Shown piece by piece: positions 48,357 through 60,735 of a DNA stretch of 64,000 bases; positions within the stretch are counted from its first letter, which is position 1, and each line of letters begins with the position of its first letter. Made by a program: the position numbers and the translations under genes. Under the pieces are notes generated by a model. It did no database searches and had not been told where the DNA came from. It saw only the letters and a list, made by a program, of their open reading frames with translations. The DNA is from Vicugna vicugna (taxonomy: Eukaryota), in contig MU063101.1 in NCBI GenBank assembly GCA_013265495.1, forward strand, positions 3,458,276-3,522,275, in the 5' to 3' direction.

Positions 48357-49709
48357 GAAATCCCTACTCTTAATACTTCTCCATGTCTTCTAAGGCACTA
48401 GACTGTTCATTAAGTGCTTTCTGCTGAAAGAGTTAAGGAGGCTTCTCAGGCAACTCTAATCACCCCCCAGGGACCTGCTCAGTTAGCTCAGGTACAACTG
48501 AAATAGCCAGGAGGCATCCGGTCCCTGTTATTTCAGTCTCTCTGCCCAACCTCCCCACCCAGGTGTTAGCGCTGGGTTACCCAAGAGTGGAGGAGGGGTG
48601 GCCTACAAAAGTGGAGGGAGGCAGGGCGCGAGAAGCATGCCTTGCAAATGCTGATGAGACTCCCGGGCACTTTGGCCGCGCATCCCTTTCTGCTCCCTCA
48701 GGGAAGGAGTGGAAATCCAGCCCCAGACCTTGCATGAACTCAGAAGGAAACTGAGTCCTGGAGAGGTCGCTCAGCTCACCCAGCATCACAGAACTTGTGT
48801 GCGTCTGAGCAGAGGCCAGAATTTGATCTCTCCATGCCTCCGTCAGCTGCTGTGGCTTCTAATTCTTGCACTTTTTGGAAGACTTAAAAAAAAAAGGCTG
48901 TGAACAAAACCTTTAAAAAGTTCAAAGTTCTTCATTTCATGAACTATTTGGAAAACTGGCCTGTAGTTGGAAAACGACAACAGCAAAAACTTGATCCCGG
49001 AGCTTCTTTAGAAATCTTGTAACCCCTCTAGAGAGAAAGTGATGGAGAATATAATAGATATAAATTCTCAGGAGCAAGGCACGTGCTAGCTGTGCTAGAA
49101 ACAAGCCCGCTTGGTCCTTCGCCTCACGATTCTGAAAAGTCAGTAGATTTTGCGCCGCGGTGGAGATGAGGAAGCGAGGACTCAGACATCCCACGTGCTC
49201 CGAGGCTCCCATTCTAGAGCCAGAGGCAGCGGCTGCTGCTGGTAGGTTTTCCTGACTCTGGGCTGTAGCTTGTTTTCATCCTGCCCTGTGCCTGAGGCCT
49301 GTTCTGTGTCAGAGAGCTCCAAAAGGCTTAGATCACAAGAGCAAGGCTGAAAGGGCCCTTGATGCACAGACTGCAGCCACAGTGCCTGTCTACACTTCCC
49401 TCATCCGTCTGGAAGTTGGAGGAACACGTGGAGAGAGGCATCCTTTGCTGGGGCCGCAGAGGAGAGGGTCTCCCTGAGCCCCGTTCTGGAAATTCTTAAG
49501 ACTGGGCTCGCAGGCCTCCTTTGCACCTCCTCCCACCCCTCTGTCCTTCCTGAAGCCAGGGAAAGACCCCACAGCCAGAATCAAGGACGGGGAAGAGCAG
49601 TTTCAAGTTTGTCTTTCCCGCTTTGCACAAACGGCTGAAGTCAGATGTTACGAATGCATCCGCCCCAACGAGCAACTAGAAAGGAAAGTGGTGCAGACTT
49701 GCAGCAATT

Positions 49710-49820
49710 GGGGGAGGAGGGCAGAGCTCAGTGGCAGAGCACGTGCTTAGCAGGTGTGAGGTCCTGGGTTCAATCCCCAGTACTCCCATGTAAATAAATA
49801 AATTTTGGAGGGGAAAAAAA
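49710..49820 (+). mobile_element. tRNA-Ala-derived SINE (camelid vic-1-like), short copy
   Basis: GGGGGAGGAGGGCAGAGCTCAGTGGCAGAGCACGTGCTTAGCAGGTGTGAGGTCCTGGGTTCAATCCCCAGTACTCCCATGTAAATAAATAAA, with A and B boxes. Confidence 0.85.
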
Positions 49821-50384
49821 GACGTACAGTGATTAGACCTGGCCTGCTCACCAGGTGGGGAGCAGGGTGGCTGGAAGACCCGCATCAAGAATCAGACCTG
49901 GTTTTAGCCCAGCCTTCCCATGGACTCCCTTTGTGACCCTGGGGACCTCCCCTCCCCTCCCTAGACCCTGTTCCTGAGTGCCGACAATGAGAGGGGTCGA
50001 GATGAAATGGCTATCTGTTAGGAAAGCTCTCAGAGCAAGCCTGGGGAGGAGAACCTGGACCCAGAAAGAAAGATGGGAAAAAACAGATGGGGAAAACCAA
50101 AATCCCTATGTTGATGACCATTTCGAGTAGCTCAGCAGGACTGACTCTGTGGACTGGTACCCGGAGCTCTCTTTCAGGGCATCACAACCTTTAGGACATC
50201 CTAACTCCTAAGGATGTCACCTCCCACAAAGAGATTTTATATGAGCACAATTCAGCTCAGACAACGGGGGGATCTCTGTTATTTTCCACCATCTCAGGAG
50301 AAGTTTCTATAACGTCTTTCAATCATCCAATCTACCCATATTTACCCAGGGGAAACAGTTCCCTGTTAAATGCTCTATGTTTCT

Positions 50385-50555
50385 TTTTACAAACATCATC
50401 TCATTTAATACTCATTACCGTCCTGATGATTTTTCATCATCTCCGATTTATAGTTGAGGAAATAAGGGATCAGAGCAGTTAAGTGAATGGCCCAAGATCA
50501 ACCAGCTAGTAAGCAGTAAAGTTGGAATCTGACCCAGGTGTGACTCCAAAAAGCC
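50385..50555 (-). mobile_element. MIR fragment
   Basis: CATCTCATTTAATACTCA ... TTGAGGAAATAAGGGATCAGAGCAGTTAAGTGAATGGCCCAAGATCAACCAGCTAGTAAG. Confidence 0.8.
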
Positions 50556-51214
50556 CTCGCCTTCTCTGTCTCCTGGTACGTTTTCTTATAAAGAGCATCT
50601 TACAACCAGACTGATAGGACCACTTAATTTTATCTTTGGATAAAGATGGTACCAGTCTCATAAGTCAGTGAGTTTTATTCATGCTCTAAATAATGGCTGA
50701 TTAAGAAAAATAAATCTGACTATGAAGTACTTCCCTGGTAGCAAATGACTGCATGATCCCATTGTAGGAGATAAAATTTTTACTTAAAAAAAGAAATAAA
50801 AACAGAGCTCACTTTTCACAGTTAAGATCTACTTCTTTTATAATCAGTGCCCTCTTTAAGATTTTGCAAGCTCATTTTATGCCTTTTTTTCTCTCTTTCA
50901 GTATCTTTCTAAATTTAGAAGTTAAATTTATAAGGCTGTAATTTGCAAGGTCATCCTTTTTTTTTTTTTTAAAGAAATGTAAGCAGGAGACGAGTCCTTT
51001 CCAGGTTTGGGGAGTGATAGCTCGTGACTCTTTCCTGACTTTGGCCAAGTCTTTGCAAATTCCTGTGGGCTGACGATTATGAGCATCTTGCCTACAAATT
51101 ATAAATATGTTGGCCTATCTAAATATACCCCACACTCCCCAATTTAAGAAAAAATGTGAGGTGTTGGGAAATGATTCCAAGAATAGACCAAAGGATCAGC
51201 CAGCCTGGAGAAGT

Positions 51215-51410
51215 GAATTTTAAGAATGGTGTATGTTCAGTTCCATAGTGATTATTTGCTGGCCGGTGCTAGGCACAGTGGTGAGATGGATGGAATTCAC
51301 GCAGTGGCTTTGAAGGTCACAGACCAGCTTGGAAGACAGGTTTGCCGACAGATCATTACAACACGGGGTGTGTGCACCCCAGGGAAAATGCAGACAAGGT
51401 TCAGGGGCAG
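51215..51410 (-). mobile_element. L2 fragment
   Basis: ATTTGCTGGCCGGTGCTAGGCACAGTGG ... GAAGGTCACAGACCAGCTTGGAAGACAG ... ATCATTACAACACGGGGTG. Confidence 0.6.
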
Positions 51411-52846
51411 CACGTTGGGAGGGGTTAACTCTATAAGGGAAGAGTTTTGATAATGGCTTTCAGTTATGGGACCCATCCAATAATATGATTCTCTACTTTC
51501 ATAATAGTGTCGTTTTCTAGTTTATTCCCCCATACTGAACAAATACAGTTATGAGACACAACCTTTCCATCATTAGCTCTCCTTATTCCTAATGAAAACA
51601 GTGGTAGGTGGTTTATAAGAAAAACTCTTTCATGACCCTTCACGTCATTTTTTTCTACTCAGAATTTTAAAATGCTTTTTCTGCTTGTTGGCTGGCTTTT
51701 TTCCTGATCCTTTATATGAATGAAAACGGTCCCCCTGAGATGTTGTGGGGGTGGGTGCTGAGTTTGCAAGGGACTTACAGATGCCTTTCAAGGGCAACTC
51801 GGTGTCAGATCAAGCCTCCCCAGGGAGGCTGTCTCTCTGCCAGTCCTTGTGGCTTATTAATGCCATCTTGCTTTTTATCAGCGAATGGGTGGGTGTCTTC
51901 CTTCTCACGTTGAAAGCACTCCGTGGTGGAAACCAGTTAAGGTTGTTATCTACCCCCCCCCCCTTTTTCTGTTTGTTTTCTGATGTCTTGACAGCAGAAC
52001 CAATCTTCAGAATCCTTTAAAAAAAAATTACGGAAACAAATTCGATCACAAAAGCTTTTAAAATCTGAAATCCCAGGAAGCTAATTAGTGCGTCCTTCCA
52101 AGACGGCTCCCTGCACTTTTATACACACAGGGGCTTGGGTTACAAATGCAGCTGGCAATTGGCCACAAGTCAGACAGGTCATCCCAGCTCTTAGGAACAC
52201 GGAGCTTCTGTGGAGCCTGGAGAGGGAGGGCAGGGCCGAGACTGTCCCCTGCATGAGTGTGTGACTGTGATCTGCCACCAGGTAGCAGGTGGAGGCCGGG
52301 AGCTGCACTGGCCTGGGCTCCTCCTGGTGAGCTGCTTACACCGTGAACTTCTCTCCTTGCCCCAGTGATGCCCTTATTTTACATTTCCCCCGCAGGATGC
52401 TGAGCTTCTAGGGAGCAGGAACTGTGCATATCCCGGTGTCTTGCATGGTCCTTGGCACGCAGGAGGTTTATAACACATGCAGCTCATGTAGTGCAGAAAG
52501 CCACGACTCCCCCATCCCCGAATTAGGCAAAGGTCCATGATCCTGGAGCACACAGCTCTCCCTAACTTGTGTCTGACATCCCTCAGGGTCTTGTGTTCCT
52601 GCTTGGGCTGCAGACTCTTGGAGGGCGACCACCCATCTTTGAACCCACCGCCCCCCACTCAGTGCCCAACTCAGAGCAGGCTCCCAGTATATGTTTGCTC
52701 TTCACTGAATGTGTGAATCATGGCCAGGATTTCTACTGTAAGATAGAACATGTGGGACTTCTTTGGGGTTGCTCAGGAATTAGGCAATTTCACGGCCAAT
52801 GGCAAAGACAGACTGTGAGAGACCGTTGGTTTCTTTCTGTGCATGT

Positions 52847-52854
<8 letters not shown>

Positions 52855-52920
<66 letters not shown>
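52855..52920 (+). repeat. Compound microsatellite (GT)14(GA)19
   Basis: Counted directly: GT 52855-52882, GA 52883-52920. Confidence 0.95.
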
Positions 52921-52923
<3 letters not shown>

Positions 52924-55399
52924 CCATGGAAGTATCAAATTATGACTTGAATGCCTTGATGAATTCATCCCGCTGTATTGAAGAGACATCCAGGATTCTC
53001 TCCAGAAAAGTCTTCGCCAGCATAAAAACCATGTTAATCATCACATTTGAAACACGTGTGTGTCTGGTCCCCAGGCCCATGTCCCTATACAGGTACGTCA
53101 CTGCAGAGTGAATCCTGTTGGCTCATGTCACCTAGTCCCCTCCTGGACTTCCTGAGGCATGAGCAGGCCACTTCCCAGATGGAGGGAACCATCCAGGAGG
53201 CACCTTAGAAGCATGCAAATGCCTGGTGTTTGGGGCAAACTTGAGTAACTCATCGGTTCAGATATTTGATTATTAGGATGGTCCATGTGGTTCCCTACTG
53301 CCCATCCTCACGCAGGACCCAAATGAGTAACAGGTACAGACGGGCATCAGAAGCTCAGTGTAGTTCCAAGCAAATCCTTGAACTGGTCACCCCTGAACCC
53401 TTCAAAACTTGCTTCCCTTAGTCTTCAAAGACACAAAAAGAGACTACAGCTCACAGACACCAATAGCCAAGGCAAAATAAAGCTCTCTGGTTTCAATATG
53501 TCAAAAAACAAAACCAAAACAAAAGCCCCTACCCAGTAAAACTGTAGCATCGACTTGAAGGTTCAGCAGCAGGGAAATGACTCCATAAATCACGGTAGAT
53601 TCAGTCAGGAGAATATCAGACAGCCACTAACATAAAACAGCAGTTGGGGAAAATAGTCATGATGGAAGTTTTAATGATAGGTGGAATTCAAAATGGAAGC
53701 TGTTCTCTGACTAGAACTATACTGAAGGGAAGATGAACAGGGGAGGAGCAGAGTGGAGGATGTATTCTATACCTGGGTACTTCTTCCACTTTTCGAAGTG
53801 TTAAGTCTGTTACCTTGCCTTGCTAATTTGAAAAAGTCTGATCTAAACTGTGTCGTCAGTAACATCTTGTGGCAACTTGTAAGTGGGTTGGATACTGTAC
53901 TTTTAAGGTAAGTGATTAGAAGCAGTCCTCCCATCTAGCCAGACTATTTTCTTGAACTTGGTCTTGAGAAGTTTCCGTCCCTTGACTTTGTAGAGTAAAG
54001 GGTTACACGGGGCAGGTGAAGAGCCACACCGATACAGGCATCGTGTTTCCCAGAGAGAGCACGCTCAGCTGAGCACCAAGGGTCAGGATGAAATGCCTCT
54101 GGCCTGCCAGTGCTATGCATTTTCTCTGTTGCCCTAACTGTCAGGCATTTATTGAAAAATTGTCTTTTCTCCAAAAATACAATAATTAACGCCTTGGCCA
54201 GACGGCCATGACAAATCCTTCAAGATTAAGAGGATACTGATAGCCGGTGAATTTCTACTTCCAGCCAAAGGACTGAGGCAGCATGAAACACAAGTGTGTT
54301 CTTTTAGAAAATTAACAAAAAATGACTAATGATGAAATTCAGATGCTAATAAGTAATGCATTTGATACCATTAGCAGAAAAATTCAAAAAATTCACACTG
54401 AACCACTAGAAAGAATGAACATGGAGGATGAGTGTAGTAGCTTTCAGGCATTGAACCTTCTCTGGATGGCATTTTGCATAAATGCTTCTCATTTCACACG
54501 GTTTATCCCACTGACATTAGCAGTAATCCTGAAGAATTGGTATTCTTGCCTGGATCTGTCTCCCACTGCCGTGCATGCTGCTCCCCCCCCCTCATCGTAT
54601 TCGTTCTTACTAACTTCCACCTGCTCCTCCACCTCCTCCCATTCTCCACCAAAACCCACACATCCACCATGCACCCCACATCTCCAGTGTCTGGGGTTCA
54701 GAGCAACCTATGTGTACTCCAGCTAAAACCCCAAACCAAACCAAACTGAAGATCAGTCAACTCTGAGTTTTGGGCTCTCATATTTAACTCACCCCAGTCT
54801 AATTGTTTGACTGTCAGGATGACATTTGGAAACTGCTAAGTGCATCTCCATTTTAGATGTTGCAAGAAAGTTTGAAATTCAGCTTGTTGGCTCTGACAAA
54901 ACCGAGTTCCTCTGAAGCCAGAAGACGATTGCTCTCCCTTCTTGCACTCTGTGTCAGAACTCCCCATGCAGGTTTTAGATCTCCTTGGGTTGGGATTTGT
55001 CTGTATTTCCATGTGGCCACCAGGTCAGCCGCAAAGCTGTTTCCGGTCATTCTTTTTCCCTCCAGCATGAGCCACATGACAACCTGCGTCTATCATAAGC
55101 TGGATGGACGTGACCAAGTAGGTTGTTTACTTGGCCTTGACTTACTCTCTGTACCTGGGCCAGGTGTCTCAGGGAGTGGAAACTGTCATTCATGGGACTT
55201 GTGGTCATCCGTGACCTGAATCTAATCCAGCAGTGGCCCCTACCCAGTGAGGAGATGCTCTGATTCTGATCAAACACAGTAGTGTTATAGGTATCATGTG
55301 TGCCTGCCCTCTGTCCTGGCACCGATATTTAACAAAAAGATCCTTTCACAGAGTGCACTGTATGATTCCCCCATTCCTCTGTGAGCCCTTACGCTGTCT

Positions 55400-55740
55400 G
55401 GTCCCCACGTACTCGTTCAGTCACCCTCTCCTCCCACACATCCTGCTCCCCACTCCTCTGATTACTCACCATTCCTCTAATGGGCCACATCCTTTCACAC
55501 CTCTGTGCTTTCGGTCATATTATAACATCTACCTGGGTTCCCTTCCTCCCTCTGCCCTTGCCTGTCACACTCCGTATGCTTTGTGCCTTTGAGTTTCAGC
55601 TGAAATGTCATTTACTCTAGGAAACCTTCCTGGAACCCAGGGTCCAGCTGTAGGTTCTTTCCTTCTGTACCCACATCTCAAGGTACACAGAAGAGCGCCT
55701 ATTACATAGTCTGGAAATGATCTTTGTGTGGACTGTTTGC
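55400..55740 (+). mobile_element. L2 fragment
   Basis: TTTCAGCTGAAATGTCATTTACTCTAGGAAACCTTCCTGGAACCC. Confidence 0.6.
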
Positions 55741-55757
55741 ACATTTGTGTCATAAGC

Positions 55758-56081
55758 ATATTGGTTGGGATAAACTGGGCTGCAGGAACAAATAGTCCCC
55801 CCGAAGTCATCATAGCTTCAACCCCCAAAGCTGTGTTTCTCACTCAGGCAATAGTGTCCATAGATCTTCCTGGCCAGTGGCAGGTGTGTCCACAAAGTGA
55901 TTCAGGGACCCAGGCTCCAGCCGCTGACTGGCTGATACCCCTTCCCGGCCTCAGACACATTCCCCTGATGAGAACTAGCCAAATGTCTATCTAAATGCAA
56001 GATGCTGGCAAATGTCATCTTGCTCTTTGCCCAGGAAGAGATGCAAATGGATTTTGGGTGGGCAGCTGGCAATCTGTCACA
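55758..56081 (-). mobile_element. Old MaLR LTR (MLT1J/K-like)
   Basis: CTGGGCTGCAGGAACAAATAGTCCCC ... GTGATTCAGGGACCCAGGCTCC ... TCTTGCTCTTTGCCCAGGAAGAG ... GGCAATCTGTCACA. Confidence 0.65.
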
Positions 56082-56359
56082 GTGAACAACCTGACTGTCT
56101 TCTGTCCTTTAAGAATCTCCAGCCTCTGGTGTAAACTTTGGTCCCTGATAAATATATGTGGAATGAAGAAATAGGGAAATGTTAGTTGGATTTCCATTTG
56201 CCTTCATGTCATTACACTTTGAAGCCAGTGACATACTGTTTTCTTTCTGGTATTGTTGTGGGGTGGTGGGGAGGGGGTCTTCATTTTATGGTTGAATACC
56301 AAAACACCAAGGGCCGAGGAAGGTGGGGGGATGTCTTCCACGATGTTTTCTCATAATAC

Positions 56360-56960
56360 AGAGCCATGAAACCAGATCGCTGGTGTTTTGCAAGGTTGAA
56401 AAGACCCCTGGTGAAGAGGAATCTCATAATTCATCTTTATGTTAAAAATAGATCATCACCCATTCACTTCCCTGCTGGCAAACGCCAGGCCGACACTGGC
56501 TCCCCTTCCCGTGAAATGCATCCTTTCCCTCTCATCAGTTTCCACTCCTCCTGCCGAAAATGGAATACAGTGAATAGATGTATAATAAAATCTTTTAATT
56601 GTCTTAGCATATGTTGCTTTTATTAGGTGGGTATAATTGCATTCGTGGGATCACCTCCAAAGTCCTTTCGAATATAAAATTGAAATGGCTTCACACTCCA
56701 TGCACAAGTCCTTCTGAGGCACTGTTTTCCCCTTCGCTGCCTCCTGTCCCCCTTTTGCTGTAAAGTTCACATTGAAGTGTGAAAAGAGAGTCGTGGCAAT
56801 TGACACACGCTGGATCTTATCAGCCTGGAGTGCAGCTGGGGCCCCGCTGAAGAGCGACTGTCATTTCTACACCATTTATTCCTCTCCTGGCCTCATTGCT
56901 CGCTTCCTTTTGGAGGAAATTTTCCCTGGTAAAGTACCCTACTTGTCATTTATTTCCCTT
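56360..56960. promoter_or_regulatory. Candidate conserved non-coding element
   Basis: About 600 bp with no recognisable repeat; several TAAT/TTTAT homeodomain cores (CTTTTAATTG, TTTTATTAG, GTATAATTG), TTGACA and retained CpGs. Conservation is inferred. Confidence 0.4.
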
Positions 56961-57345
56961 TCTTCTTCCGCTACCCCTCCTCGGACAGGTTTTGATATGC
57001 CTTTATCCCAAAGGCAAGCCTTTTACACACTTCCGCTAACCTCTTAGGGTCAGGCTCCTCTAAGCTGCTTCAGGGCTCATAAAAGCAACCCAACAAAGCT
57101 TTTATGGTGTCATTACAGCTCCCTTAAATCCCTCGCCTTCCAGCTCCCAATAATTCTATTGCTGCTCATCAGTTCACCAGCTCTTTTATTTGCAGGTGGG
57201 CGATGGAGTGGGAGAGAAAGAGACAGAATCAGCTGAGGACCTCTTATATTTGAAACAAGGTTTTTCCAACTCTGAGTTGCAACTTATCCTTGGCACTTAA
57301 CTTAGAGTCATCTTGAGCAATTTTAGCTCAGTTTTTATTTTAGAA

Positions 57346-57586
57346 CAGCATTTGGCAACTTTCTGTAAAGAGACAGATAGTAAATAAATATCTTAGGTTT
57401 TGCAGGCCAAATGGTCTACATGACAAATACTCAACTCTGCCATTGTAGTGTTATTGCACACATGGGCACACACAGCCCTTAGACAATATGTAAATGAATG
57501 GGTGTGGCTCTTTGCCAATAAAACTTTATTTACAAAAACAGGCAGCGGGCTGGATTTGGCTCACGGGCTGTAGTTTGCCAACCCGT
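57346..57586 (+). mobile_element. MER58A (hAT-Charlie)
   Basis: TTGGCAACTTTCTGTAAAGAGACAGATAGTAAAT ... AATAAAACTTTATTTACAAAAACAGGCAGCGGGCTGGATTTGGCTCACGGGCTGTAGTTTGCCAACCC. Confidence 0.9.
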
Positions 57587-59239
57587 TTTAGGTAAGGAAA
57601 ACTCCATCTGTCTAATCTTTCTGGTGCCTCCCCTAGGAAGTCCTAGTCTACTTTAAAGTGACTCTAGCATCCCAAAGATACGGTGATTTCATATCAAATG
57701 CTCTGCTTCGATGGTTGAATGTTATTACCATGAAAATTTGGTCCACTTCGACTCTTAGTTTCCGATTCTATTTTTTCCTCTTTACTTTTCTTTCTCTTGA
57801 TTAGTAGGAACTGAACATTTTTGTTATCATGTCTTTAACCACTTCATTTAAAAAATACATCAAAGTGCCACAGAGAGCTGGGTAGAAACTTGAATATTAT
57901 GTTTCCTGTTTACTGTACGAGACCTTCTTGGAAAATGAGCATTTATCATATCCCTGGGAGGCAAAAGCAGTGGTGAGAAAAATCTGCCCTTAATCTGCAA
58001 GTGCCTCGCCCATATTCTGCCATCCTGATGGACAGCCAGTGTTGTGACTGCCGAGGACGTGTGCGGGAGCCCCAGAAAGTTATACTTGCACTGAAACCTC
58101 ACAAGCAAACTGTGAGGAACATATTAAGTGTCTTCTGTTCCAAAAGTACAAAATGAAGCTCAGAGATATAAAATAAAATAACTTGTCCAAAGGCCAGGGA
58201 AGGAAGGATTGTGGCTTGGACAAGGGTGGTGAATAAACATACGAACCTGTGACAGCATTTTTCCATATTTATATTTACACTCATGCTGAGTGTGACAGAT
58301 AATGTTAGCTGATCACTGCTTATTCCTGGGCACACACCTTGGCTACCTTTCCCAGGCTCGCTGGCATAAGACCTGGCCATGTGATTGAATTGCAATATAT
58401 GCAATTGACACGAAGTGATGCCCTGGGGCTCTGGTTCGAACCAATGGCAAACCTCTAGGTGTGCAGAACTCCATGGTCACTTGGTTTTTTCCCTTCAGTC
58501 TAGTTAGAATGATGATGGCCCCCAGGGTGATCTTAGAATCCAAGATGAAAGAGCCTCTTTCTGCTTGTTTCCCCAAATGACTGTGAGTATTTGTTCTGTT
58601 GTATTTGAGCCATTTAAAATCCCTCACCCAGTTGTTCTCTAGCACTGGGGCAACTGGGCATGGCCAGTGAATCCAGTACATGCTTGAATGGGGAGAGACT
58701 GGGAGATCCCAACCTTGGGTCCATTGCCTTCTCAAAGTCTATAATGGGGGTGTGTGTAAGCCATTTGCAAACATTTCAGCAAGTATCGTGGAACTTAAGC
58801 AAATGAGGTTAAGTATCCTATTTTATTTTATTGTATTTTGATTGGGGCTGGAATTGAAGCCTAGAGATAAAGTGACCTGCCCAAGGTCACACAGGTAAAG
58901 AAGTGCAGATCTGAGACACGCATGAATCCGTATTTCTTGGCTTCTAGACTAGCTACCCCCCTGCCGCCATTACCCCTTAGAAGATGGTTGTTGTCTGGTG
59001 GTTTTCGCTGAGTTGCTTATTGAGAGACAGGATGCTCTCGTGCCCAGTTCAACAGGGAAGAATCTTTGCTCTGTTAGAAGACTTTGCGGGGATCTCAAGG
59101 CTTGAACACAAGGTATATAAAACAGACGCTGGGGCTTAACATCCGTCTCCATTCAGAGAGAGAGAGAGAATCTCAGTAATTTATAGGTTGACATTTTCCT
59201 TGGGTCTTCATAATACTTGTTTATTAGAGATAATTTGCT

Positions 59240-59460
59240 TAAGCGCACACAAGGTGGAAGGTCACGCAAGGCAGGTTTTTATTAGTTGTGTACTGAATGG
59301 ATCAATAGTCATTTGAATACTATAAATCTGTCCTGTTAACAGGTTTATTTCTTCATCAGATATTAATTCCAGAGGGTTTCGCCCATTATGGAATTGACAT
59401 AAACCATGCCGTGCAGATGTTGCTGCCGCTGTAATCAGGTTCAGCTGCACATCTGTGGGA
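59240..59460. promoter_or_regulatory. Candidate conserved enhancer
   Basis: Repeat-free; ATGGATCA 59297-59304 (TGATnnAT on -), ATTAAT, CATTATG, TGACATAAA 59395-59403, TAATCA. Confidence 0.45.
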
Positions 59461-59969
59461 GCCTCCGTGTGGTCCCCAACCCCCCCCCACTCCTGTGGGG
59501 CAGCAGATAGGCATCGGGCCGACGGGAACCTAGGAGCCCCACGTTTCCTTGGAGAAGAAAGGAGAGAAAACTGGAGGCAGTCCACTCGTTCAGGTGCTAA
59601 GTTGGCTTCTTTTCTCTGCTTTCTTTCTCCCTTCCTTCCTCTCTTCATCCCTCCTCCCTTCTTTCCTGTCCCCTTGTCTGTGTTCACCTATCCATCATCC
59701 GCTTATTTATTTGGACTAGGAAAGTAATGTAGATACCCAAGAGGGAAAATTTGAAAAATACCAAAAAAAAAAAAATACAAACCCAAAAAACCCCCAAACA
59801 ACAAAACAACCCATAACAAAACAGCAACCCCTCCTAATTCCAGCGCAGCACGTAGCGACCGGTGCCTGAGAGAAAGTCTCTCTCGCCTTTTTCCTCATCC
59901 CAGGCATATGTGTTTTGTCTCTTAGCAAATTAATACAGAAGTGATCATATCGTACACCTTGACTTTTTT

Positions 59970-60735
59970 TTAACATACTAGATTTTTTTTTTGCATTCCT
60001 AAGTTGGTATGTGCTCATCAAAACAAGTCAAACAATACGGAGATCTGGGGGAAAAAGCTAATATTTCCATTCAACTCTGTCCCTTTGGCTTAGAGGTTAC
60101 TGTGGACCTTTTGTACTCAGGCAAACATGCAGAGTGTGTGTGCATTTGTAGGGGTCGTGTGTGTGTGTGTGTGTGTTTTACTATGCTAATACTCTATGAC
60201 AATACTTTGCCTATTATTTAGAAACTTGCCTTGTTCAGGGAACAATATTTGGTGCACATATACATGAAATAGCTTTTTTTTAAGCGATTGCATACAGCTC
60301 TGTGCTGGGAATAACCCTAATTTAATCAAGCATTCTCCTGTTGATGGACACTCCAGTTCTTTTCAGTTTTGTTACTAGTGTTGTTTTAGCCACTAGAAAT
60401 ACTACAGCAATAAATAATCTTACGTGTATTTTCTCATACCCTATTGATTTTAATAATTATTGGATGGATTCCAAAAGTGGGATTTCTGGATTAAAGGTCA
60501 GGTGACATCATTTGGTATCCATGTTTTTACTTCACAGTATATATACAAAAGCATTTCCCTACATTAATGAAACCCTTTGTAAGGGATTTTTTAAAAAGGC
60601 TTTGCAAAATATTCACAAATGGAGTTGTACTAAGGTTTACTTACCATCTCCCTTATCACTGAACCTTCAAGTAGCATCCAGTTCTTTGCTTTTATAAATA
60701 ATGCTGAGATGAACATCTTTTGGCATGAGTCTTGG
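59970..60735 (-). mobile_element. Old L1ME-type fragments
   Basis: TTTAATCAAGCATTCTCCTGTTGATGGACACTCCAG ... ATTCCAAAAGTGGGATTTCTGGATTAAAGG ... ATAATGCTGAGATGAACATCTTT. Confidence 0.7.

Noticed and set aside
52275-52288. Second CTCF-like motif CCACCAGGTAGCAG
   Set aside because: There is a mismatch at a highly conserved core G and no supporting context.
52569-53111. 180-aa ORF with VCVC/RERE runs
   Set aside because: It is kept open by the (GT)n(GA)n microsatellite.
53901-53913. AG|GTAAGT as a possible recursive splice site or exon donor (similar donors near 2780 and 15004)
   Set aside because: The polypyrimidine tract is short with a non-YAG acceptor, no convincing paired acceptor or reading frame was found, and such matches are expected by chance in 64 kb.
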